From: Actinomycetota bacterium
GTDB taxonomy: Bacteria; Actinomycetota; Acidimicrobiia; Acidimicrobiales; JAJPHE01
Length of the DNA: 64,000 nt
Reading direction: 5' to 3'
NCBI GenBank assembly: GCA_027315345.1
Contig: DAHUYE010000008.1
Location: forward strand, 55,265-119,264
Shown here in pieces: positions 55,362 through 63,157 of this stretch. The notes beneath the pieces were generated by a model, which saw nothing but the letters and a program-made list of their open reading frames with translations, made no database searches and was not told the DNA's origin. Made by a program: the position numbers and the translations under genes. Numbering within the stretch: the first letter of the stretch is position 1; every line of letters starts with the position of its first letter.

Positions 55362-55718
55362 ATGGCTCTGCTGCCCAGCACCACGACCACTTCGGTCCCC
55401 GGCGCCACCACCCTGCCTCCGACCAAGGCAGCCCCGACCACCACCACCCGGCCGGTCACCACCACCACCGTGGCCCGGGTGACGCCCACCACCACCGCCT
55501 ACATCACCACCACCACCACCACCACCACCCCGCCGCCGACCTCGACCACCACCCTGATCCCGCCGCCGTCGACCACCACCACCGTGGCCCCCCTGTCCGC
55601 CAGCGCCGCCACCCCGGGGGTCAGCATCAACGGGATCTTCCCGGTCCTCTCCGGCGCCGGGGTCGGTGTCGCCCTGGCCATCCTGGCCATAACCGGTCTG
55701 CGCTCCCGGCGCCGGTGA
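55362..55718 (+). CDS. Thr/Pro-rich protein with a C-terminal TM anchor
   Basis: 118 aa, about 40% Thr, with no N-terminal signal peptide. It ends in FPVLSGAGVGVALAILAITGL + RSRRR. It could be a real tail-anchored protein or a gene remnant. Confidence 0.42.
   Translation: MALLPSTTTTSVPGATTLPPTKAAPTTTTRPVTTTTVARVTPTTTAYITTTTTTTTPPPTSTTTLIPPPSTTTTVAPLSASAATPGVSINGIFPVLSGAGVGVALAILAITGLRSRRR
55506..55529 (+). repeat. (ACC)8 trinucleotide run
   Basis: Eight consecutive ACC codons (Thr8), read directly in frame in the 118-aa ORF. Confidence 0.9.
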
Positions 55719-55729
55719 CGGCCCGCTGA

Positions 55730-56590
55730 CTACTTGAGCAGGCGGGACAGCCTCCGGTCGGCCAAGGGCTTGCCCCCCGTCTGACAGGTCGGGCAGTACT
55801 GGAGGGACTTCTCGGCAAAGGCCACCTCCCGGACGCTGTCCCCGCACACCGGACAGGGCAGCCCGGTCCGGCCGTGGACCTGCAGACCGGCCCGCTTATC
55901 GTCCTTGAGCTCGGCGCCGGCCAGGCCCCGGGCCCGCTCCAGAGCCTCACCCAGGCTGGAGATGAGGCCGGAATGGAGGCGCTCGATCTCCTCCGGGCTC
56001 AGCTTGGAGGCGGTCTTGAACGGGGACAGGCGGGCCCGGTGGAGGGCCTCATCGGAATAGGCGTTGCCCACCCCGGCCAGCACCGACTGGTCGGTGAGCA
56101 GACCTTTGATCCGGCCGTTGGAAGCCGACACCAGCCCGGCCAGGGAGGCGGTGGTGAAGCCCGGATCGAGGGGATCGATGCCGAGGCGGGCCACCCCGGG
56201 CACCTCGGCCGGATCGGAGACCACGTAAAGCGCCAGGCGCTTCTTGGTTCCGGCCTCGGTGAAGTCCACCGCCGGGCCCCCCGAGACCCGCAGGCGAAGA
56301 GCCAACGGGCCCCTCCCGGGCCGGACCCGACCGGCCGAGGGCGTCTCCACCCAGCGGACCCAGCCCCCCCGGGAGAGATGGGCCACCAGATGCAGCCCCG
56401 AGCAGTCGAAGTCCAGGAACTTCCCGTGGCGGCTCACGCCGGCCGCGGCCCGCCCGACCAGAGCTTCGGCCGGGGGCTGGAAGGTCTTGAGGGCGCTGAA
56501 GGCGACCACCTCGACGCCCTGGATAACCCGATCCTCGAGTTGGGAGGTCAGGTAGGAGGCCAGGGCCTCGACTTCGGGCAGCTCGGGCAC
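55730..56590 (-). CDS. Fpg/Nei-family DNA glycosylase/AP lyase
   Basis: GTG at 56590 gives (M)PELPEVE, with the catalytic N-terminal Pro after Met removal. There is an H2TH region and a C-terminal zinc finger CPVCG...CPTCQ. The 28 codons upstream in the track ORF are unlikely to be coding. Confidence 0.85.
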   Translation of the reverse strand: MPELPEVEALASYLTSQLEDRVIQGVEVVAFSALKTFQPPAEALVGRAAAGVSRHGKFLDFDCSGLHLVAHLSRGGWVRWVETPSAGRVRPGRGPLALRLRVSGGPAVDFTEAGTKKRLALYVVSDPAEVPGVARLGIDPLDPGFTTASLAGLVSASNGRIKGLLTDQSVLAGVGNAYSDEALHRARLSPFKTASKLSPEEIERLHSGLISSLGEALERARGLAGAELKDDKRAGLQVHGRTGLPCPVCGDSVREVAFAEKSLQYCPTCQTGGKPLADRRLSRLLK

Positions 56591-56658
56591 CCGACCAGTG
56601 TGGCTATAACCTGGCCGACCGCGCCACGCAGGTTGGCCCTGGCCGCAGGAGGCCCCGC

Positions 56659-57216
56659 TTGAGCGGAGCAGCACTGGATTCCGATCTCGACCGGCCGCCC
56701 CCGCCCCGGGGCCCGCGTCCGGACCGGTCCCGGCGGGGCAAGCCCTGGGTGCCGGTGATGATGGTCCTCGGGGCCGTGGTGCTCCTCTCGGCCGGGGTGC
56801 TGGCCGGCCACCTGCACCACCAGAAGCCCTCCGCCGCCCTCAACGACACCACCACCACCACCACCACGGTGGCTCTGATCACCCTTAAAGGCAGCGTCCT
56901 GGCCAAGACGGCGGCGGCGGCGGGATGCACCTCGGCGCCCAACGGCATCAAGGAGAACGCGGTGGTGAACGTGGCCGACTCCATCGGGGCGGTGCTGGGT
57001 ACCTCGGCGTTGGGCCCGGGCCTGGCCGCCAACGGTGGCGGCTGCACCTGGAGCTGGACGGCCCAGGTCCCGGTGGCGGGTGGCTACGAGATCCAGGTGG
57101 GCGGCCTGCCGGTGGCCACCATCTCACGCTCTGCGTTGGCCCAGCAGGCCTTCAACCTCTACGAGAACGACACCACCGACTCCTCCAAGCTCATCAACAT
57201 CGAATCCGGCGTCTGA
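56659..57216 (+). CDS. Membrane-anchored hypothetical protein (N-terminal TM helix, short Thr7 linker)
   Basis: 185 aa with a basic cytoplasmic N-terminus, the TM helix VMMVLGAVVLLSAGVLAG, then TTTTTTT and a Cys-containing extracytoplasmic domain. The start is uncertain (TTG 56659, or ATG 56758). Confidence 0.5.
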   Translation: MSGAALDSDLDRPPPPRGPRPDRSRRGKPWVPVMMVLGAVVLLSAGVLAGHLHHQKPSAALNDTTTTTTTVALITLKGSVLAKTAAAAGCTSAPNGIKENAVVNVADSIGAVLGTSALGPGLAANGGGCTWSWTAQVPVAGGYEIQVGGLPVATISRSALAQQAFNLYENDTTDSSKLINIESGV

Positions 57217-57277
57217 CAGGGCCATCGTCTCGGCCGGCGCCCCGGGGCCGCCCCGGCGCATCGGGTCGACGACCCCG

Positions 57278-58153
57278 TCAGGGGGTCTGGGGCAGGGCCA
57301 GCAGATGGGCCGGGGGCGGTCCGTAGCGGTGGCGCAGGCGGTCCCGGATGGCCAGCCAGCGGGATCTGGCGTCGAACCAGGGTGCCCGTCGGGAGGGCCG
57401 GGCCGTCTGGTAGAGGGTGGAGAGCACCCCGATGCAGATCCGGATGAAGCCGTGATAGGTCCCGAAGTGATCGCGTATCAGGAGCATGGTGTTGCGGGTC
57501 TGGAGGTACTCGACCACCGGCCTGGTCACGTTGGTGCCGGGATTGGCCACGGTGGCCCCCACCACCATGCCCGCCTGCCAGCCGGCGGCGGCGGCCCGCA
57601 GGGCCAGGTCGGCCTCCTCCACGTAGGCGAAATAGCGCTCATCGAACAGGCCGACCTGGGACAGGCACTCCCGGCGCAGGGCCAGCATGGTCCCGTGGGG
57701 ATGGGCGGTGGGCACCCAGGGCCCGGCCCCGTCCAGGGGCACCACCATCCCGCCCAGGTAGGGGTCGACGATGGCCCGGGTGTCGTCCCCGTACTCGGCG
57801 CAGGCCAGGCCGGCCCGGGGCCGCGAACCGGCCACCTCCAGCAGGCGGGCGACGGAGCCGGGCTGGGGACGGGCATCGTGAGGGGCGATGATGGCCCAGT
57901 CCCCCCCGGGGCCGTCGAGCCAGCGGCGCAGGCCGGCGTTGGCGGCCGGCCCGAAGCCCCGGTTGGACCCAAGGGGTACGACCGTGGCCGAGGGGACCGC
58001 CGAGGTGATGCGCCGGCGCTCGGCCGGAGCGGAGCCGTTGTCCACCACCGTCAGATGCAGCGGGACACCCTGGCTCAGGAAGGCCAGGCAGGTCCGGATG
58101 CACTTGTCCGGCTGGCGGTGATGGATGATGACGATCTCGACCGGGGCGGTCAC
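57278..58153 (-). CDS. Family 2 glycosyltransferase
   Basis: 291 aa with IVIIHHRQ...VVDNGS, NRGFGPAANAG and ...VEEADLALR, a typical GT2 (rhamnosyltransferase-like) pattern. Confidence 0.8.
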   Translation of the reverse strand: MTAPVEIVIIHHRQPDKCIRTCLAFLSQGVPLHLTVVDNGSAPAERRRITSAVPSATVVPLGSNRGFGPAANAGLRRWLDGPGGDWAIIAPHDARPQPGSVARLLEVAGSRPRAGLACAEYGDDTRAIVDPYLGGMVVPLDGAGPWVPTAHPHGTMLALRRECLSQVGLFDERYFAYVEEADLALRAAAAGWQAGMVVGATVANPGTNVTRPVVEYLQTRNTMLLIRDHFGTYHGFIRICIGVLSTLYQTARPSRRAPWFDARSRWLAIRDRLRHRYGPPPAHLLALPQTP

Positions 58154-58185
58154 GAGCCCATTCTGATTCAGCCGGCTCCGCCGGC

Positions 58186-59298
58186 TCAGCCGGCCTCCTC
58201 GGCCCGCAGGCCGGGCCCGTCCGGAGCCGCCCAGGCGGGTCGGTCATCGGCGTCGGGGGAGGCCAGGACAGCCCGAGTGACCGAGACCACCGGGGCCGGG
58301 ACGGGAGGGGCCAGTCCCGGTCCGCCCATGTCCCCCAGCCGGCGGGCGGTGACCATGACCCGGGACTCGAGGCTCCCGACGGTCTGATTGAAAGACCCCA
58401 CCGCCCGATCCAGATTCCGGCCCAGGCCGGAGAGGTGTTCCGACAGAGTGCCCAGTCGACGGTAGAGATCCCGGCCGAGGTCGGCCACGGCCCGGGCGTC
58501 GTTGACCAGGGCCTCCTGCTGCCAGCCGTAGGAGACAGCCCTCAACATGGCGATGAGGGTCATGGGTGTGGCCAGCATCACCCTCCGGCTGACGGCGAAG
58601 TCCAGCAGCGACGGGTCCGTCTCCAGGGCGGCGGACAGCAGACCGTCGGCCGGGACGAAGGCCACCACCATCTCCGGACTGCCGCTCAGGGCGGCCCAGT
58701 ACTCCTTGGCCGACAGGGCCCCGACGTGGGTGCGCAGCTGGCGGGCATGATCGACCAGGCAGGCCCGCCGGGTGGCGTCATCACCAGCCTCCAGCGCCTC
58801 CAGCCAGCCCCGCAACGGGACCTTGGCATCCACCACCAGGCTGCGGCCGCCCGGCAGGCGCACCACCATGTCCGGCCGCAGCGGGCCGTCGAGGCCGGCC
58901 AGGACGGGCTGCTCCACGAAGTCGCACTGGGCCAGCATCCCGGCCATCTCCACCACCCGGCGCAGCTGCAACTCGCCCCACCGCCCCCGGGCGGAGGGCT
59001 CCCGTAGGGCTCGGCCCAGGCGGGCCGTCTCGCCCCGGATCAACTCCTGGCTCTCCTGGAGGGCCCGCAACTGTTGAGCCATGCCCCCGGTGGCGCTCTG
59101 CCGGTCCGCCTCCATCCTCCGAAGCTGATCCTCGACCCGGGCCAGCGCCTCACCCACCTGCTCGGCGCCCGGGCCCCGAGCCCGGCCCGGCCACGACCAG
59201 CCCGTCCCGCCGCCGGCGGGGGCCAGCACCCGGACCGCCACGGCCAGGAGGGCGGCGCCCAGGAGGGTGCCCAGCCCGAGAAGCGCCACGACGGTCAT
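58186..59298 (-). CDS. rmuC: DNA recombination protein RmuC
   Basis: 370 aa with an N-terminal TM helix, a coiled coil, and the RmuC nuclease-like core (VVDAKVPL...EMVVAFVPADGL...VMLATPMTLIAMLR). Confidence 0.85.
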   Translation of the reverse strand: MTVVALLGLGTLLGAALLAVAVRVLAPAGGGTGWSWPGRARGPGAEQVGEALARVEDQLRRMEADRQSATGGMAQQLRALQESQELIRGETARLGRALREPSARGRWGELQLRRVVEMAGMLAQCDFVEQPVLAGLDGPLRPDMVVRLPGGRSLVVDAKVPLRGWLEALEAGDDATRRACLVDHARQLRTHVGALSAKEYWAALSGSPEMVVAFVPADGLLSAALETDPSLLDFAVSRRVMLATPMTLIAMLRAVSYGWQQEALVNDARAVADLGRDLYRRLGTLSEHLSGLGRNLDRAVGSFNQTVGSLESRVMVTARRLGDMGGPGLAPPVPAPVVSVTRAVLASPDADDRPAWAAPDGPGLRAEEAG

Positions 59299-59324
59299 GA
59301 CAACATGCTGACCGACGCCTGTGA

Positions 59325-59699
59325 CTATCCGGGGGACGGTCCGAGCAACTCGATACGGTTACCGAAGGGATCCTCTACGTAAACTTGGCGGCTCGCGCCC
59401 AGATCGTCCCCGGGTTGGAAGCCGATGCCGGCCGACTCCAGCCGGGCCAGCAGGTCGTCGAGGCCTTCCACCACGAAGGCCGGATGGGCCTTGCGGGCGG
59501 GGCGGAAGTCCTCCTCCACGCCCAGGTGGACCCGCAGGCCCCGGCCGTCCTCGAACCAGGCCCCACCCCGGGCCGCCAACGGAGCGGGCTTGGGCACCCG
59601 GGGAATGCCGAGCAGACCCTGATAGAAGGCCTGGGCCTCCTCCTCCCGCCCCGGCGGCATGGCCAGCTGGACGTGATCGAGCCGCACCACTGACGCCAT
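59325..59699 (-). CDS. VOC/glyoxalase-bleomycin-resistance family protein
   Basis: 124 aa with LDHVQLAMP...AFYQGLLG...H...DPFGNRIEL, typical of the VOC fold. Confidence 0.8.
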   Translation of the reverse strand: MASVVRLDHVQLAMPPGREEEAQAFYQGLLGIPRVPKPAPLAARGGAWFEDGRGLRVHLGVEEDFRPARKAHPAFVVEGLDDLLARLESAGIGFQPGDDLGASRQVYVEDPFGNRIELLGPSPG

Positions 59700-59731
59700 A
59701 GGAAGACAAGTCTATGACAAGTGCCCCGTGG

Positions 59732-60628
59732 TCACTCGGGCAGAACCTGCTTCAGGTCCGCCACCGGGGCGAACAGATCGCCCAGCTCCCCCACCCGGGC
59801 GATGACGTCGGCCGCCTCGAAGCTCAGCTGACCGCCCCCGGCGGCCAGCTCCACCTCATCCCAGGAGACCGGGGTGGACACCGTGGGCCGGTCCATGGCC
59901 CGCAGGGAGTAGGCCCCGACCGTGGTCTTGGTGGGATGGTTCTGGCTCCAGTCGATGAGCACCTTGCCCTGACGGCGGGCCTTGTCCATCTTCTCCACCA
60001 CCAGCCCGGGCAGCTTCTTCTCCAGGTTCACCGCCACCCGGTGGGCGAAGGCCTTGGTGGCCTCGTAGGTGGTGGGAGTGTTGAGCGGGACGTAAAGCTG
60101 CAGCCCCTTTGACCCCGATGTCTTGGGGAAGGCCTGCATCCCCATGGGCCCGAGCAGCTCCCGGATCTCCAAGGCCACCCGGGCGCACTCGGTCATGGCC
60201 GCCGGCGGTCCGGGATCGAGGTCGAAGACCACGGCCGTCGGTTGATCGAGCTCGGCCCCCCGGGCCAGTAGGGGATGCAGCTCCAGGGCGGCCAGGTTGG
60301 CCAGCCAGACCAGGGTGGCCAGGTCATCGGCGGTGCAGTAGTTGATGGTCTTTTCCGACTTGCGGCGGCTGGGAACCTCGATGGTTTGCACCCAGTCCGG
60401 CCGGTGGCTCGGGCAGTTTTTCTCGTAGAAGAACGGCCCGGCCGAGCCGTTCGGATAGCGCTTCAGGGTCAGCGGCCGTCCGGACAGATGGGTCAGCAGA
60501 ATCGGGCCGACCCGGACGTAATAGTCGATGACCGCCGCTTTGGTGAACCCGCTGGGATAGAGCACCTTGTCGAGGTTGGACAGGCCGAGGCGCCGGCCCT
60601 CGATCTCGACCTCCTGGGCGCTGGGCAC
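59732..60628 (-). CDS. Stand-alone LigD polymerase/primase (PrimPol) domain protein, NHEJ
   Basis: Motifs LSNLDKVLYP, VFDLDP, KTSGSKGLQLYVPL and VLIDWSQN. Start is GTG 60628 or ATG 60679. No ligase or phosphoesterase domain is fused. Confidence 0.85.
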   Translation of the reverse strand: MPSAQEVEIEGRRLGLSNLDKVLYPSGFTKAAVIDYYVRVGPILLTHLSGRPLTLKRYPNGSAGPFFYEKNCPSHRPDWVQTIEVPSRRKSEKTINYCTADDLATLVWLANLAALELHPLLARGAELDQPTAVVFDLDPGPPAAMTECARVALEIRELLGPMGMQAFPKTSGSKGLQLYVPLNTPTTYEATKAFAHRVAVNLEKKLPGLVVEKMDKARRQGKVLIDWSQNHPTKTTVGAYSLRAMDRPTVSTPVSWDEVELAAGGGQLSFEAADVIARVGELGDLFAPVADLKQVLPE

Positions 60629-60651
60629 GCCCCATCCTGGCCCAGTTCGGC

Positions 60652-61653
60652 TTGACTTTTCCCGTGGCCGCCAGCGCAACCGGGGCCGGGTCCGTACCGG
60701 AGTTCATCGACCCGATGAAGGCCACGCCCGAGGACTGCCTGCCCGAAGGTGACGGTTGGGCCTATGAGATCAAGTGGGATGGCGTACGGACGGTGGCCTT
60801 CCTGGGGGAGGACGGGGTGCGCCTGCAGAGCCGGAACCGGCGCGACGTCTCCGCCCAGTACCCGGAAGCCACCAGCCTGTCGGGTCCGGGGGCGGGGACG
60901 GTCCTGGACGGGGAGATAGTCGCCTTCGACGCCGATGGCCGTCCCAGCTTCGAACTCCTCCAGTCGCGGATAAACCTGGGCTCGGCCCGGGACGTCGCCC
61001 GGCGGCGGGGGGAGGTGCCGGTGGTCCTCATCCTCTTCGACCTCCTCTTCCTGGAGGGCCGGGACCTGATGGCTCAGCCCTACTCCGAGCGCCGGGCCCG
61101 ACTGGAGGCCCTATCCCTGGAGGGCCCGGCCTTTCAGATCCCCCGCTACCACCGCGGCGATGGCGTCGAGCTCCTGGAGGCAACCAGGCAGAGAAGGCTG
61201 GAAGGGCTGGTGGCCAAAGGCCTGGACAGCCCTTACCGGCCGGGCCGGAGGAGCCGGAACTGGATCAAGGTGAAGAACTTCCGCCGTCAGGAGCTGGTGG
61301 TAGGCGGTTGGCTTCCGGGCCAGGCCGGGCGGGCCGGGCGGATAGGCGCCCTGCTGGTGGGCCACTACCGGGACGGTGAGCTCCGCTACTCCGGCCGGGT
61401 CGGCACCGGCTTCACCGACGCCGAGCTGGCTCGCCTGGCCGGACGGCTGGCCCCGCTGGCCCGGACGGTCAGCCCCTTTGCCTCCGATCCGCCCGTGCCG
61501 GCCCCCACCCGGCGGCTGGGCCAGTGGGTGGAGCCGGTTCTGGTGGTGGAAGTCGCCTTCACGGAGTGGACGGAAGGAGGCACGCTGCGGGCTCCGGCCT
61601 ACAAGGGCGAACGCTTAGACCGGGAGCCGGCCACCGTGGTCAGGGAAACCTGA
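60652..61653 (+). CDS. ATP-dependent DNA ligase (LigD ligase-domain type)
   Basis: About 330 aa with the adenylation motif EIKWDGVR, then LDGEIV, EGLVAK, WIKVK and an OB domain. Start is TTG 60652 or GTG 60664. Confidence 0.9.
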   Translation: MTFPVAASATGAGSVPEFIDPMKATPEDCLPEGDGWAYEIKWDGVRTVAFLGEDGVRLQSRNRRDVSAQYPEATSLSGPGAGTVLDGEIVAFDADGRPSFELLQSRINLGSARDVARRRGEVPVVLILFDLLFLEGRDLMAQPYSERRARLEALSLEGPAFQIPRYHRGDGVELLEATRQRRLEGLVAKGLDSPYRPGRRSRNWIKVKNFRRQELVVGGWLPGQAGRAGRIGALLVGHYRDGELRYSGRVGTGFTDAELARLAGRLAPLARTVSPFASDPPVPAPTRRLGQWVEPVLVVEVAFTEWTEGGTLRAPAYKGERLDREPATVVRET

Positions 61654-61675
61654 GCCGGGGTCGGGTCGGGCCGGC

Positions 61676-62698
61676 TCAGGCCCGGGTGTGCAGCCAGGAC
61701 ACCAGCCGGTCCCGGTCCCACGTATTGATTATGCGCCCGGTGTCGACGCCGGTCTTGGCCGCCCGCTCGGCCCCGTTGATCTGCCACTCCAGCTGACCGG
61801 GGGCGTGGGCGTCGGTGTCGATGGACAACAGGCAGCCGGCGCCAACCGCCTCCTCCAGCAACCGCATCGGAGGATCGAGCCGCTCGGGACGGGAGTTCAC
61901 CTCCACGGCCGTGGCCGAGGCGGCACAGGCGCGGAAGACGGCGCCGGAGTCGAAGCTGGATTCGGGCCGGCCCCGGCCGACCACGATGCGGCCGGTGCAG
62001 TGGCCCAGGATGTCCACGTGGGGACTTTCCACCGCTTTGAGCATGCGCCGGGTCATGGGAGCCGACTCCATCCTCAGTTTGGAATGGACGCTGGCCACCA
62101 CCACATCCAGCTCGGCCAGCAGCCCGGGATCCTGATCGAGCCCGCCGTCCTCGAGGATGTCGACTTCGATCCCGGTCAGGATCCGGAAGTCACCCTCGGG
62201 GGCAAGGCGCTGGTTGATCTCGGCCACCACCGCCAACTGGGCCTTGAGCCGGTCCGCATCCAGTCCGTGGGCAACGGTCAGGCGCGGGGAGTGATCGGTC
62301 AGAGCCCAGTACCGGTGCCCGAGAGCCATGGCTGCCCGGGCCATCTCCTCGATCGGGCTGCCTCCGTCCGACCAGTCCGAGTGGCTGTGGCAGTCACCCT
62401 GCAGGGCCTCCAGCAGAGCAATGGCCTCCGGCGCCGGCTCGGCCCGAACGTCGGCTTCCAGCCGGGCCAGATAGGAGGGGACCTCGCCCCGCAACGCCTC
62501 CAGGATGACCTTCTCGGTTGACTCCCCTATGCCGGGCAGACTGCGCAGCCGTCCGGCCGCAGCCAGGGCTGCAACTTGGTCAGGCGCGGTCTCGGCCAGC
62601 ACGCCGGCGGCCCGGCGGAAGGCCCGCACCTTCGGGCTGGGCTCCCGCCCCCGCTCCAGCAGGTAGGCGATCCGCTCGAGCGCCTCCTGGGCGGTCAA
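61676..62698 (-). CDS. HhH + PHP-domain phosphoesterase (PolX-like without the polymerase core)
   Basis: 340 aa. The N-terminal ~90 aa have an HhH motif (LPGIGESTEKVI) like the PolX 8-kDa domain. The PHP domain follows (CHSHSDWSDG, ALTDHS, GIEVDI, SVHS, LGHCTG, DTDAH). Confidence 0.8.
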   Translation of the reverse strand: MTAQEALERIAYLLERGREPSPKVRAFRRAAGVLAETAPDQVAALAAAGRLRSLPGIGESTEKVILEALRGEVPSYLARLEADVRAEPAPEAIALLEALQGDCHSHSDWSDGGSPIEEMARAAMALGHRYWALTDHSPRLTVAHGLDADRLKAQLAVVAEINQRLAPEGDFRILTGIEVDILEDGGLDQDPGLLAELDVVVASVHSKLRMESAPMTRRMLKAVESPHVDILGHCTGRIVVGRGRPESSFDSGAVFRACAASATAVEVNSRPERLDPPMRLLEEAVGAGCLLSIDTDAHAPGQLEWQINGAERAAKTGVDTGRIINTWDRDRLVSWLHTRA

Positions 62699-62706
62699 TC
62701 TCAGCT

Positions 62707-63123
62707 TTAAAAACGGGCCTGCCGGACCCGGCGTACCAGGCTCCGGCGCTCTTCCTCATCGGCGCCGCCCCAGATTCCGAATTCCTGGCGGGTCTCCACG
62801 GCGTAGTCGAGACACGCCACCCGGACGTCACAGACGGCACAGACGGCCTTGGCGGCGGCCAGATCCTCCACGGCCACGCCGCTGGTGCCGACCGGAAAGA
62901 ACATCTCGGCCGGCATGAGTCGGCAGGAGGCCTGCCGGCGCCACTCGGGTTCGGTACCCCGCGTATCCACCCTCTCGGACCGGATCACGTTCACCAGTTC
63001 CCTCCTGACTCTGACCACCCCCGCCCGGAGGGCAGAGCCGCCTGCCTGGCGGCGCCTGCGCTCCGGATCGATGTCCAAACCTAGGAGACTCGGGGGGCGC
63101 AGTCCATAGTGAGTTCGGGCCAT
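62707..63123 (-). CDS. WhiB-family (Wbl) Fe-S transcription factor
   Basis: C...CAVCDVRVAC cluster ligands, a GIWGG turn and a basic C-terminus. Start is ATG 63123 (138 aa) or an internal GTG 62994. The 230-aa track ORF upstream is antisense to the hupB tail. Confidence 0.8.
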   Translation of the reverse strand: MARTHYGLRPPSLLGLDIDPERRRRQAGGSALRAGVVRVRRELVNVIRSERVDTRGTEPEWRRQASCRLMPAEMFFPVGTSGVAVEDLAAAKAVCAVCDVRVACLDYAVETRQEFGIWGGADEEERRSLVRRVRQARF

Positions 63124-63157
63124 TCTGACCCCCGGGATGGTGACACCCCGGGGCGGC

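Noticed and set aside
57217-57277. GC-rich imperfect palindromes between the convergent 185-aa ORF and the GT2 gene, considered as a bidirectional terminator. A similar case lies at 47837-47953 upstream of gltB.
   Set aside because: I could only build 4-5-bp stems with mismatches, and there is no U-tract. That is not enough to call a terminator by eye.
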